DNA of 63,646 bases, the filler included, from Octopus bimaculoides (taxonomy: Eukaryota), in assembly GCF_001194135.2 (NCBI RefSeq). It is 6 parts of 6 records of this genome, joined end to end, with 100 filler letters (N's around TTAATTAATTAA, not from the genome) between each part and the next. Parts side by side here need not be neighbours in the genome. Positions count along the whole stretch, not along the records: positions 17,868 to 26,645 come from NC_069010.1; positions 26,746 to 48,121 come from NC_068993.1; 4 more parts are not named here. One strand, written 5' to 3'. Positions 26,171-38,189 of the stretch are shown piece by piece (the first letter of the stretch is position 1; every line of letters starts with the position of its first letter). A program made the position numbers and the translations under genes. Below the pieces are notes generated by a model. That model worked only from the letters and a program-made list of their open reading frames with translations, was not told the DNA's origin and did no database searches.

Positions 26171-27735
26171 TGATTGTGTGGTTACACCCACAGAGTTTCC
26201 AGCTACGCAAATTCCAAAGCTTTGGTGAACTCAAGGTTATTGTAGGAAACACCTGCCTAAGGTGCTGTGCAGTGATGCTGAACTAACAACCACTTAAGCG
26301 TGAAGGTAATGCGTGGAAATGGAAGGGAAATAGCAGGAAATATAGTCAACATTCTGCACCCAACCACATTTATATAAACAAATAGATGTCATGACAGTAG
26401 GAGATACACATTTAGCTGCAAGAAGGATTTTCATGCTGGGCTGGCTGTTATATAAATATGTGTCATCTATATTTATGTATTTTCAAACATCTAATTGACA
26501 GTTGGCATTTCTGGTTTTTGTATGATATTCAAGTTTTGCTACAATAGTACTACTTTTATTACTGTTTTAGTCTGTTTTTCTCTCTCTCTTTCTCTCTCTC
26601 TCTCTCCCTCTCTCTCTCTCTCTCTATGCATATGTATATATATATNNNNNNNNNNNNNNNNNNNNNNNNNNNNNNNNNNNNNNNNNNNNTTAATTAATTA
26701 ANNNNNNNNNNNNNNNNNNNNNNNNNNNNNNNNNNNNNNNNNNNNATGTGTGTGTGTATATGTTTGTGTGTCTGTGTCTGTGTTTGTCCCCCCACCATCG
26801 CTTGACAACCAATGCTGGTGTGTTTACGTCCCCGTAACTTAGCGGTTCGGCAAAAGAGATCGATAGAATAAGTACTAGGCTTACAAAGAATAAGTCCTGT
26901 GGTCGATTTGCTCGACTAAAGGCGGTGCTCCAGTATGGCCACAGTCACATGACTAAAACAAATAAAAGAGCCTGCCAGCCTTGATTATGTCAAAATGTCT
27001 TTTTTTGTATTCTTCTTTCCCACTTAGATTGTTTACAACAGTAATATGTCTATTCTGCTGAAATGAAATTTTCAGTTAATTTTCTGTATCCTTGTGCAGC
27101 TGAAGATTGCTCTGCATTTTACATTTAATGTAATGCTCGCATTACTAAAATAAATGGAGTGGCATGAAACGTGCGTACTGCAATAATCTTGAAAATCCGT
27201 GTTGCTTTTTTTGATTTTTGATCACCTTGTTTTTGGAATTGTTTGGATAATACCATACTGTATTCTGGTGCCTAAACTTAAGTACCACATTTAATTTTGA
27301 ACACACACACACACACACACACATGGGTACAGGGCGTCACAAAACGTAAACAACATGAAATACGAAGACAAACTTGGGGATAAAAACGAGAGAAACAAAT
27401 GGTAAACAAGACATGTAACACAAAGAACGACCCTTCATCATTTTTCGGTTGTCCATCTACTCTTCATTTCGAGCATTTAACGAAGATATGAGGTTTCGAA
27501 AGTTGCTCCCGCGAACCAAAATAAAATTTGGGATTTGCGGAGGGTCAATGTTGGTAACAAAAACAAGGACAGTGGAGACACACAACAGACCAAACGAAAA
27601 CAAACAGGGAGGGCCGTTAGGCCCTCCCTGCCAGACGAGGTAAGATAGCGAACGCTGTAGGAATATTATCTTTGACAAGAGAAAAGATAGAAGAGGAGAC
27701 AGTTAAGAATGCGTCTGGAATGCATATGTATATAT

Positions 27736-27820
<85 letters not shown>

Positions 27821-28499
27821 TACATACATAGATACATACATACATACATACATGCATATATACATACATATCGAAGCGACAAGTCGCGTATTTGGCGTGG
27901 GAGAGTATTTATCGAAAATACGATGAATACTGTCTCCAACTTTGGAGCCTCAACTAGTAGCCTTATTAAATAAATTGTTAATCTTCAGATGAATTAACTG
28001 AGGGAGTCTTTTATTCACGATCGTAGTGATTTTCGACTGAAACTTGAATTTAGCATTTCGATATTAACACACGCACGATTTTCACTAAGAAAAAGAAAAA
28101 AAAAACTTGGATTTTTTGCGTGGAATCAAGTACCCTCCTAATATGCTACAGATCCCTTATTTTGGTTCGGAAAAAAAAGGTAGGGTGAGGAATCATTGGA
28201 AATTTACTTTTTTTGTTGAATGAATTCCTATGACCTCCTAATACGCTACAAAACCCTTTTTGGGGTCCGAAAAACGGGGTGGGGTGAGGTGGAAGCCTCG
28301 GAAATTTCACCTCACCCCCATTGATCTTTTCTCCCGCACGATTTTCACTAAGGACCATAATTTTGTTGTTATCTAACCTCAAATCAACCCTGATACAGCA
28401 AACAAAGGAACCTTGGATCTAGGTTAGAAACCGGTTCTTTCTCTATTGGCAAGAAATTTTAAAATAAAATAAATGACATGCATATCTCATTGAAGAATG

Positions 28500-29680
28500 T
28501 TACAGGTATCTAGTAGTGGATGAAAACATATCTTACAATGACATCTGTATCAAAACACCTGTCACTATAGAATATTACTGTCGAAAATTTGGACCTCAGT
28601 ACTCTCTGCATTCAATAAAACTGTGTTTGCAGTACCAGTACTCATATCAACATTTGGGTTGCTGCATTGGACGCTAAATGGGATCCGAGCCATTGATGTG
28701 AAAACCTGGAAAATGCTGACAAGCATACATAATTTCCACATAAACAGTGACGCAAACCATCTCTACCTAAAACGAGGTGGAAGAGGCTTGACATCGATAC
28801 ATAATGCCTTTGAATGTCGCATCATATCCCTTCGGCAACATCTTTTAACCACCAAGTGTTGAAGTGCATCCTTTGACCAAGTTTGCAAACACGAGGCTGA
28901 TAACATCGTAAGACTTGGAAGGCAGCTTCTTGAGCAACATTTCTTGTCTGATAACCTTAAATACATGCCCAAAGAAGTCGCACGACTTTACGGCAACGTA
29001 TCATCAGATGAAAGGATGAGCATATAGGAGCAGAAGACCATGCATGGATATGTTAGTAAAAAGCTCCGTGATAATTGTAACATTGAGCATCAAAGCAGTC
29101 TTTCATGAACCAATAACTGGATTACTAACTCCAACTTTGACGAGTATGCGTTTGCAATCCAGGAACAGGAAATATCTTCGGTGTTAACTACGCAAAGTCT
29201 GCATCGGTTGTTACATTTTACTTCTTGTCTTGCATACCTGATGCACAAAAGGGATAGAGATGCAAGAAAAGAAGTAAAATGTGACAACCGATGCAGACTT
29301 TGCGTAGTTAACACCGAAGATATCACCCACATCATGAGCAGTTGTAAGAAAATGTCATCACGGTATTATCTACCGATGAAACATGATGTTGTAGCTAGGA
29401 CACTATATAATGAAATCCATCGGAAGGATAACCCCGAGGACAAAGAAATAAGAACCCACAATATGGTAGAAGCCATAGCCACTAATAATAAAAATGATTA
29501 CTGGTAGAATGTCCCAGTGAAAAAAGTCAATAAAATGTAAGCACAACCGACCTGATATAATGATTTGGGATAGAGAAGAGAAATTGTGTACGGTTGGGGA
29601 AATTAGCTGCCCAGCGGATGTTTACATAAAGCTGGAGATCAGTGAAAAAGAGAATACCTACGCTGTACTAGGTTAGAACT
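28500..29680 (+). pseudogene. R4/Dong-clade RLE non-LTR retrotransposon, degraded 3' ORF fragment
   Basis: Translates to YRYL..., FAVPVL..FGLLHW, LYLKRGGRGL, a CCHC knuckle (CRLCVVNTEDITHIMSSC), KHDVVA, and the RLE motif HNRPDIMIWDREEKLCTVGEISCP. Contains stops and frameshifts. Confidence 0.85.
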
Positions 29681-30114
29681 ATTGAGTTAGGTTAGATAGA
29701 AATAGGCTCTTTCTCTATTGCCAAGAGATCTTGAAATATAACTGAACAGTGACATACATACATACATACATACATACATACTTACATACATACTTACATA
29801 CATACTTACATACATACAAACTCAGACGCACAGACACACACATACATACGACGGGTTCTTTTTCGGTTTCCGTCTACCAAATCCACTCACAAAGTTTTGG
29901 TCGGTGAGATTATAGCAGAAGATCCTAGCGCAATGTACCATGCAGTAAGACTGAACTCAAAACCATATGGTTGGGAAGCAAGATTCTTACTAGAAAGCTT
30001 TGCCTGTGCCTGTGTATTGCACAGAAAATTATGCTCGGTTGCATATGCAACTACTCATACTCTGTGCAGCGGACGTGTAGGTCGTTCTAATCATAAATAT
30101 ATGTTGCATGGCAT

Positions 30115-30557
30115 GAGTGTAGGACATAAGCCTCCTAGGGCAAAAGCCCCTTGGACAAAACCTCCATAGTTAAAGTATGAAAGTGGACAAAAGCCCCACG
30201 GTTCTCAGACATACTTTTTTGACAAAAAAATTGCTTATAAACAAATTTGACATTGATTGCACTGTGATTTTGTATTCGCTCACTTATAGTAAGGCTACAT
30301 TTTATACTCTTTGTGTCCAGTAATGGTCAACACACTGGTATGCAGTGTTCTTTATTATTAGCGAGAGAAAGGCGGTGAGCTGGCAGAAACGTTAGCACGC
30401 CGGGCGTGTCTGAGTTCAAATTCCACCGAGGTCGACTTTGCCTTTCATCCTTTCGGGGTCGATAAATTAAGTATCAGTTGTGTACTAGGGTCGATCTAAT
30501 TGACTGGCCCCCTACCCCAAAATTTCGGGCCTTGTGCCTAGAGTAGAAAAGAGTATT

Positions 30558-30602
<45 letters not shown>

Positions 30603-31857
30603 CTATAACAAGTAAAGCTGTGCAGCAAAAGCAGCTGGAAATTTAAATTTTAGGAAATAGATCAGTACGACATAGTTTTGTAAACTTTTTTTTAGGTAAA
30701 ATACGTTTTCNNNNNNNNNNNNNNNNNNNNNNNNNNNNNNNNNNNNNNNNNNNNNNNNNNNNNNNNNNNNNNNNNNNNNNNNNNNNNNNNNNNNNNNNNN
30801 NNNNNNNNNNNNNNNNNNNNNNNNNNNNNNNNNNNNNNNNNNNNNNNNNNNNNNNNNNNNNNNNNNNNNNNNNNNNNNNNACAGGTGTATCGTGTGTGTG
30901 TTTATATGTATGCATGTTATGTACGTATATATTCGAGTGCTTCTGTTATGTAGGTTTTATGTTTCTACACATTTCTTGAAGTGTGTTCTGTTATTCTATT
31001 CTACTTATTTATTTTCGATTGAATATATTTTGTTTACTTAAAAATTGGAATTTTGAAAAATAAATTTCTTTTTTTACAACCGCGATTTCCGTTTTTGTTT
31101 ACGTGAGATTATAGTAAAGAATATTTGGCTGTTATTTCTAGCACGTGGATAGACCTTCTAGGCTTAACTTCATGTACTGGTTGAAAATCACATAAAAAAG
31201 ATTCTAGAGTCCATACATTCGACTAAAAATTCCTCAAGGCGGTGCCTCAGCATGACCGCAGTCCAATGATTGAAATAAGTAAAAAGATTTATAGAAAAAG
31301 AAGAACGCAGAATAACCAAAAAATATAACCGCGGGGTTATAAAAAATTTCAAGAGATTTGACTGTTATTTCTAACATGTATAGAGACCTTCTAGGCTTAA
31401 CTTCATGCGCTGGTTGAAAATCATTTAAACAAACTTTGGGGTTGATACATTCGACTAAAAATTCCTTAAGATAGTGCTCCAGCGTGGCCGCAATCTAATG
31501 TCTGCAACAGATAAAAAGAAAAGAAAAACGAAATATATCACAGATCAAACTTGAAAAAAAATTCTAGGTTCCATACAGCTATCTAAAAATTCTTCAAGCT
31601 GGTACCCCAGCATGGGCGGATGCAACAAGTGAAAAAAAAAAAATTCTGGGGTCGCTACGTTCCACTGAAAATTCTTCAAAGCGGTAAAATATGGCCACAG
31701 CCTGATAACTGAAACAAGTGGAGGGTGAAAAAAAAAAAAAAAAATGACCGAAAATTTTACCGTGGAGTTTTTGTTTACTTTCACACTTTAACTATGGGGC
31801 TTTTGTCTGAGGGGCTTTGGTCCTGCTTTTGTCCTAGAGGACTTTTGTCCGGACCCC
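30115..31857. mobile_element. Mutator/Foldback-like non-autonomous element with nested SINEs
   Basis: Inverted arms of about 90 bp containing repeated GGACAAAAG(C/T)CC motifs (30115-30200 vs 31760-31857). 9-bp flanks GCATGGCAT (30106-30114) and GTATGGCAT (31858-31866). Confidence 0.6.
30370..30555 (+). mobile_element. tRNA-headed SINE (well-preserved copy at 39826-40054 -; others at 59190-59345 -, 59890-60090 -, 49975-50170 +)
   Basis: GGCGGTGAGCTGGCAGAAACGTTAGC (A box) ... GAGTTCAAATTCC (B box). Many homologous copies in the window. Confidence 0.85.
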
Positions 31858-32649
31858 GTATGGCATATCGTAAAATAAAAAGAAANNNNNNNNNNNNNNN
31901 NNNNNNNNNNNNNNNNNNNNNNNNNNNNNNNNNNNNNNNNNNNNNNNNNNNNNNNNNNNNNNNNNNNNNNNNNNNNNNNNNNNNNNNNNNNNNNNNNNNN
32001 NNNNNNNNNNNNNNNNNNNNNNNNNNNNNNNNNNNNNNNNNNNNNNNNNNNNNNNNNNNNNNNNNNNNNNNNNNNNNNNNNNNNNNNNNNNNNNNNNNNN
32101 NNNNNNNNNNNNNNNNNNNNNNNNNNNNNNNNNNNNNNNNNNNNNNNNNNNNNNNNNNNNNNNNNNNNNNNNNNNNNNNNNNNNNNNNNNNNNNNNNNNN
32201 NNNNNNNNNNNNNNNNNNNNNNNNNNNNNNNNNNNNNNNNNNNNNNNNNNNNNNNNNNNNNNNNNNNNNNNNNNNNNNNNNNNNNNNNNNNNNNNNNNNN
32301 NNNNNNNNNNNNNNNNNNNNNNNNNNNNNNNNNNNNNNNNNNNNNNNNNNNNNNNNNNNNNNNNNNNNNNNNNNNNNNNNNNNNNNNNNNNNNNNNNNNN
32401 NNNNNNNNNNNNNNNNNNNNNNNNNNNNNNNNNNNNNNNNNNNNNNNNNNNNNNNNNNNNNNNNNNNNNNNNNNNNNNNNNNNNNNNNNNNNNNNNNNNN
32501 NNNNNNNNNNNNNNNNNNNNNNNNNNNNNNNNNNNNNNNNNNNNNNNNNNNNNNNNNNNNNNNNNNNNNNNNNNNNNNNNNNNNNNNNNNNNNNNNNNNN
32601 NNNNNNNNNNNNNNNNNNNNNNNNNNNNNNNNNNNNNNNNNNNNNNNNN

Positions 32650-32707
<58 letters not shown>

Positions 32708-33146
32708 TTTCAGTTTTACAGTTGCTTGCAGCATACTGTACTTAAAGAGATTAAATAAATCATATGCATCTTCTTAAGCATTAATTAATACAATATACAT
32801 AAAATGTACACACAATGTATAGTTTATATATGAGCAGGTAAATGTATATTTCTACTTTGTATACGCATATTTCTACTTCGCAAACAAACAGGCCTGTCAG
32901 TTAATGTTTTAATATAAAATCTCTACTTTTGCTAATCTTAGCAGCTCATCGTAAACTTAAGATTCTGAGAAATGCAGCGAAGTTATTTTAGAACTTCCCT
33001 GTTTCATAGAATTTCTTTATATAATCAAACTAACATTTTCCACGAAATATGACCTCAAAGAGAGAGAGAAAACTTCAGTAGTATCGTTAGATATTAGGTG
33101 AAAACACGTAATTCATCTTGTAATGAAATATACCAATATTTAAACA

Positions 33147-33355
33147 TATATAAGCTTATGGCGATCACCGTGCAATGACTAAGGAAAATAGTCTAATAAA
33201 GGGGCATATAAGCCTTCGACAGAAAAAGAAAAAGAAGGCTTTCCTATCCGCGAAAGCCTTCTTTTTTCTTTTCTGTCGAGGGCTTATATGCCCCTTTATT
33301 AGACTATTTTCTTTAGTCATTGCACGGTGATCGGCTTAAGCTTTAAGCTTATATA
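33147..33355. mobile_element. Fold-back (palindromic) MITE
   Basis: Arms 33162-33243 and 33252-33333 are near-perfect reverse complements around an 8-nt loop. The outer TATATAAGCTTA/TAAGCTTATATA sequences are also inverted. Confidence 0.75.
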
Positions 33356-33362
33356 AAAATAC

Positions 33363-33399
<37 letters not shown>

Positions 33400-33499
33400 T
33401 TGTATATATACATACACACATATGAGGACTTCTCATATGGATAACTGGTGCATAAAAGCACTATTTATTTACGTTGACAGACGAGAATTGTTTTGGTAT

Positions 33500-34290
33500 G
33501 TATTTCTATATTTCTATATTTTGGAGTGAAGACCCCCCCCCTCTTCAGGACATTTGGAAAAGCGGAGGTTGGAAAAAGTTTGTTGCTCAGATGCAGGGGG
33601 GCGGCAGGGGAGGAAGGGGACATGTGCGGACTGTTGTTGCTATAACAACCAGTCTGTTTTCCTGTTGTTATTGGCTGGTTTTAATATGCTTACAACGAAG
33701 GCTTTCATAATTCTGAGAATACCCCTGTTGTGTTGGGTTGCCTTGATGGAAACTTTGAAGATTCGGCACTTCCTAAGATGTTATTATTTTTTTTTTATCG
33801 AAGTGCCTGTCTGCATATGCTCCTTTATGCGGATATGGAGTTTCCTAGTGGTGCTTCCAAAGTAGGATGCTCCATATTTATTGCAGACTACCTCGTATAC
33901 TACACAGGCCCTCAAACATGTTTTGATGTCGTTGATGGGGCAGTTGGTGACTGTGCACCCCACGGTGCTCTCTGTGGTATTTTTTCCTCGACAGAACTTT
34001 CCTCGGGGATGGACCTGTGCCTACCAACTGTATGTTAAGTCCTTCCTTGGGGATGGTATGTTGGATAGCTGCCATTGTTTTGCCGTCGAATTAGGGCAGT
34101 CTAAGGAAGCACTTTTCTGACTTGCTGTTATGGGCTTTCTTGTATTGTTTACCCTAAACTGCCCAACTTCGACGACAGGAGAGAATTAACATAGTTGATC
34201 CATCCCTGAGGAAAGTTCTGTCGAGGAAAATTACTACAGAGAGCACTGTGGGGTAAGCATTCACCAACTGCTCCATCAATGACATCAAAA
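33500..34290 (-). mobile_element. Penelope-like element 3' fragment (GIY-YIG) with inverted 5' duplication
   Basis: Minus-strand translation CPINDIKTCLRACVVYEVVCNKYGASYFGSTTRKLHIRIKEH (about 33790-33950) fits a PLE GIY-YIG. 33921-34107 is mirrored at 34153-34290. A degenerate hammerhead lies downstream at 33510-33553. Confidence 0.7.
33510..33553 (-). ncRNA. Degenerate minimal hammerhead motif (PLE-associated)
   Basis: AUGUC-CUGAAGA-GGGG..CUCC-AAAA-U-AUA-GAAAU. G12 is mutated to A and stem I has one mismatch. Confidence 0.45.
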
Positions 34291-35232
34291 GTCGACAAAA
34301 TTTAATATTTGTCGTACTTAGCTTTTCATAAAGAAATTGATTAGTTCGATCCTTCTCCCAAAATTCAGAAAAGGCTCTCGTAGGTCCTTGTTTACAACAA
34401 GACTAAATATCTATGGAGCTCATTCGTTACATTTATTTATTTATAACATGCGCCGAATTTTAAAGATATATAGCCAACTTCTATCACTCTCATCCATTTT
34501 CTCTCTCTATCTCTCTCCCCCCCACTCTCTCTCTCTCTCTGTCAGTCAATCTATGTATCTTCTTTTATTGCCATCCCACGTTCAGATTTTGCTTTTATGT
34601 CAATTCCTTTTTCTCTCCTGTATCTGCTTCCCTCACTTTATACCGCCCACTCTGATCCCTATACCACCTTCGTTTCAGCCACACCTCTCATCCGTTACCT
34701 ATTTCCACTGTCCTATAGTTGTTCTCTGTAGAGAAGCTACTGACCTCGGTATTTCGGCATAGTACTTGATGACCTAAGCCTTCCGCAATCCAAAACATGA
34801 AAACAGGTCGCAGCAAGTTAGATTTTATTTATATTATGTTTTTCGTTATATTTCTTATTAAGTTACTTGTTTTTCGTATTCTTATATACACCCCGCCCTG
34901 CCGTTCATTCTCGCACTCGGAGGTTAAAGGAAACTTCAGTGTATGTTGCTGTGGATACATTAGTGTGTGGATGTGTGGATGTGATATTTATGGGAAAGTT
35001 GAGTATGTTTGTAATAGAGTGAAGCGCATAGCTATGTCTGAAAGTATATATGTACGTTTTCTTTTTGAGTACACATACATAGACCAGAAATGATATTATA
35101 TATATATANNNNNNNNNNTATGTATGCGTATATGTATGTATATATATATATATATATAACTGAAGAAATATATATTTCTTCAATTGTACATAATTGAAGA
35201 AATTGGAGTCAACAATTCTTTACAGAATATAC

Positions 35233-36301
35233 GGATCTAGTTTTTTCATTCGCAAAATATGCATTTTTTTTAAAGACATTAAAAGATCTGAAAATTGGCT
35301 ATAATAATAAAGTTTTCCAGTCTAATTGGTATAATGTTGTGGAGAAAAACATTGGAGGAAAAAGTTACAGAGGTTTAAAATTTAAAAGAATGTAGATTTT
35401 TAGCCAATAGCGAGACAGAACTTTTCTGCATTTAGCGGAGCGGTATCAACTTTAAGGCTGTACTCTGTGAAATTTATGGTTTAGCGTCTGTGAAATGGTC
35501 TTTTCATTGTAGGTTTCTATATAAACAGAAATATCTAATGAAATCAACATGTATCATCTCACTGTTTCTTTTGTCTCTTCATTGATTGTATGTTTTTATT
35601 ATTTTAAAAAAATTGTTATATTAATATATTTGTCTGCATGTGTTTACTTTATGCCTATTTCAAGTGTTATGTATAGCTGTCATGTATTTGTGTACATCAT
35701 GCCTCCAAAACTTCAAAGTTGAGTAACATTTTCGTGTTTGGATTTGTAAAGTACGATAAGAATAACACTGGTCAACAAAGAATTTATCCCAAGGAAAAAA
35801 TACCTGTATCTTATATGTTTTTGCATGCAGAATTCATGAATAATGTCATGTTATCTGTACTAAGTTCACATATTCCATATTCATAATGCCAAAGAAACTG
35901 TATTAACATCGCAAACAACTTTTGCTATATATGAAAAATATGTAAAATATTAAGACAATTAACGAAAAATATTTATAATAAAATTCTAATTTTTATTAAA
36001 ACAAAACACACGGGTGAAGTAAATCTCATAGGGTGAAGTATCAACACAACATGCGGGTGAAACACAACACAACATGCGGTTGTCATGGTAACAAGCTGTT
36101 AATGCCTCGTTGTCTGTTGATTGCCTAAATTACCCAAATTTCCCAACTTTAATTCCAAATAACATCAGATTCTTTCATTTACAAGATAAAGTAAATGGTT
36201 GATCGTAATCAAAATTCAGAGTTGCATTGATACACCAAAATTGAAAGCAATCGGAGCAAAATTAAAGGGGGCTGATTTTGTGAATGAGAAAAACTACATC
36301 T
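35233..36301. mobile_element. Non-autonomous TIR DNA transposon (GGATCT termini, 8-bp TSD)
   Basis: TIRs GGATCTAGTTTTTTCATTCGCAAAAT and ATTTTGTGAATGAGAAAAACTACATCT. Perfect TSD GAATATAC at 35225-35232 and 36302-36309. Confidence 0.8.
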
Positions 36302-36517
36302 GAATATACCATATATATCCTTTTATTTGTTTCAGTCATTTGGCTGCGGCCATACTGGAGCACCACCTTTAGTCGAAGAAATCGATCCCAGGACTTATTC
36401 TTTGTAAGCCTAGTACTTATTCTATCGGAATCTTTTGCCGAACCGCTAGGTTACGGGGACGTAAACACACCAACCTCAGTTGTCAAGCGATGGTGGGGAG
36501 ACAAACACACACACACA

Positions 36518-38181
36518 CGAGGTCTGATCAGTATGTACCCGGACTGTTGCCATACTAACGAAACTAAAGCACGCAGAGTGAAGCCGCTTGACCCAGATTG
36601 ACCTTGAACTCTGCTGTGCATACGCACTAAGTTTTAACGTTCTAGATCTCTTCCGCTGTTTACAGCAGTGCTTGGGAGGAAGGTGGGTAGCGTGTGATCG
36701 TCGCATTAACTATGACAGAGAAAGTTGGGATCTAGTTGGTTTGGCTGCCAGCATCATTTTCAGTTCGAATTGATTTCATATTCAGTGTAATGATACATTC
36801 TCATAGGCTAACGAATGACGTGAAAATCATTTTCACTATAAATCAATAAATAGATAGTTAATAGCAATTAAAGTTTGCAAATTTTGTGTAATTTTAGCCA
36901 ATCGCAAGCCGTAGACACATTCATGCCTGTTTCCATACTAACAAGCCAAACATGAGAACTATTTTGTCAGTGAGAGAGCACGTGTGTTGACAAATACATT
37001 CTACGCGATTCCACATGCGTTGACGCTGTGTTCTGTTGCTTGTTCCCATCTGTTACTTGTACCCTGTTCATGAGATGTGCTAAAAATAACAGCTAAATAG
37101 GGCTTAAATCCTCTTCCCGCCATTAGATTTATTATTTTTGCATAACTGTATGAACTCCCGTGTGTAGAGTACAAATTGGCAAAAATTTTCTGAAAATTCC
37201 AAATTTTAAAAAAAGTTATATATCGTACGTTAAGCAAAATTTGATTTGTTTACAGTTTCATATAAAAACACTTGCTATTTTTAGAATGTTGACAACACAT
37301 GCAGTCACGCACAAAATGACAGCTTCCAAATTCTATTTCCGGGTTGGGTGAAAATGATCACATTTTAAGCCTCTATAAATTTTTAAAAACACTTTTCTGG
37401 AAAAAGTAAAATAACTCCAACAATTCACCTTGGAAATGTACATTAATGTGCCAAATTTTAAAATTTTTGATAGACTTTAATATTTGAAATGCTGGCAGCC
37501 GAACCAATTAGATCTGAATGTTGTACTGGCGATACCTGCTCAGAGGCCTACGCAAAATTGCAGAAAGTGTATGGAGAGGAGTGTATGAGCCGCATACAAG
37601 TGTATGAGTGGTTCAGACGTTTCCAAGATGGCGGAAAAATGTCGATATTGACGAACGTTCTGGGAAGACCAACAACCAGCAGAACTGAGAAAAACATCGC
37701 AGATGTGCGTGCAGCTGTGAGTGGAAATCGTCGAATCACCATCCGTGAGTTATCAGAGGATGTGAAGATTAGTTACGGTTCAGTTCAGCCCATTACCACT
37801 GAAGATTTGGGTATGAGACGCGTGTCTTCCAAGTTTGTGCCAAGTTTGTGCTGTTTTCAGCTGATCAAAAAGAGACTTGGGTTTCAGTTGCACAAGATCT
37901 CATTGATTGTGTCAAGAACGATGAAAACTTTTTGAAATCTTTGCGTAGGTATCGCCAGGCTTTCGGCAAAATTTGATGCAGATTCTCTGCTCAATTTTCT
38001 GTGTCATGGTCAATGCGACGACCACACGCAACACACCTTCCGTCCAAGCACTTCTGTAAACAGTGGAAGTGAGCTAGAACTTAATGCCCATGCACAGCAG
38101 AGTTCAAGGCCAATCTGTCCCAAGCGGCTTCACTCTGCGTGCTTTAGCTTCGTTACTATACCAACAGTCCGGATTATACTT
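36518..38181 (+). mobile_element. mariner (Tc1/mariner) derivative, N-terminal transposase only, with long inverted ends
   Basis: Left end CGAGGTCTGATCA. ATG at 36712 (MTEKV). HTH region GDTCSEAYAKLQKVYGEECMSRIQVYEWFRRF...GRP...RRITIRELSED...RRVSSKFVP at 37520-37840. No catalytic DD(34)D region. 37930-38181 is an inverted copy of the 5' end. Confidence 0.85.
36728..37515. mobile_element. Non-autonomous TIR DNA transposon (GGATCT/AGATCT termini, 8-bp TSD) nested in the mariner ORF
   Basis: TIRs GGATCTAGTTGGTTTGGCTGCCAGCAT and ATGCTGGCAGCCGAACCAATTAGATCT. Flanks GAAAGTTG/GAATGTTG (7/8). It interrupts the transposase just after its start codons. Confidence 0.75.
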
Positions 38182-38189
38182 ATATATAT

